Source: Armatimonadota bacterium (GTDB lineage Bacteria; Armatimonadota; UBA5829; DTLH01). From it: a stretch of 64,000 nucleotides of DNA. The notes beneath the pieces are model-generated. The model saw nothing but the letters and a program-made list of their open reading frames with translations, was not told where the DNA came from and did no database searches. Positions 63,876 to 64,000 of the stretch are shown here, piece after piece. Location: NCBI GenBank assembly GCA_039680575.1, contig JBDKSP010000011.1, positions 15,985 to 79,984 of the forward strand. The letters run 5' to 3'. The translations under genes and the position numbers were made by a program. Each line of letters opens with the position of its first letter. Position 1 is the stretch's first letter.

Positions 63876-64000
63876 TGGACTGGCTCTTCAAAAACGGACA
63901 CTTTGTTAGGCTGCTTTAGCTGCTGCATCTTCAAACTCTACGGGGCTCATGTAGCCCAGGTATGAGTGAATGCGCTGCCTGTTATAAAACACTTCGATAA
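63876..64000 (-). mobile_element. Right end of an IS3-family insertion sequence (transposase C-terminus 63906-64000 plus terminal inverted repeat), truncated by the window edge
   Basis: Minus strand reads IEVFYNRQRIHSYLGYMSPVEFEDAAAKAA*, the IS3 integrase-core tail; followed by GTGTCCGTTTTTGAAGAGCCAGTCCA ending in CA at 63876. Confidence 0.88.

Overview
Bacterial chromosomal window (moderate GC; the PEP-CTERM protein and secreted-protein style suggest a diderm such as Armatimonadota, which is inference only). Left to right: an XylR/V4R-type enhancer-binding protein, a mutS2-cdd-GNAT operon, and a complete type I-E CRISPR-Cas locus (cas3, cas8e, cse2, cas7, cas5, cas6e, cas1, cas2) whose 26-repeat array starts 1 nt after the cas2 stop with no separate leader. 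Next is a 10-gene minus-strand surface-glycosylation cluster (GT2, two GT4, epimerase, two DUF362 Fe-S proteins, two flippases, radical SAM/SPASM, YfhO-like GT-C). Housekeeping and accessory genes follow: eno, pyk, SLBB protein, gatCAB, rodZ-like, surE, ThuA-like, a solitary HNH nuclease, two SGNH hydrolases, TlpA, a DUF1998 helicase, a PEP-CTERM protein, and an RND efflux pair with MarR regulators. A trpBADCF operon is preceded by an unannotated WWW leader peptide and a classical attenuator. The end of an IS3 element lies at the right edge. Several REP-like palindrome families and two 27-bp tandem duplications occur in intergenic regions. Best candidates for novelty are the Fe-S/radical-SAM glycosylation cluster, the leaderless CRISPR array, and the near-leaderless trp attenuator.
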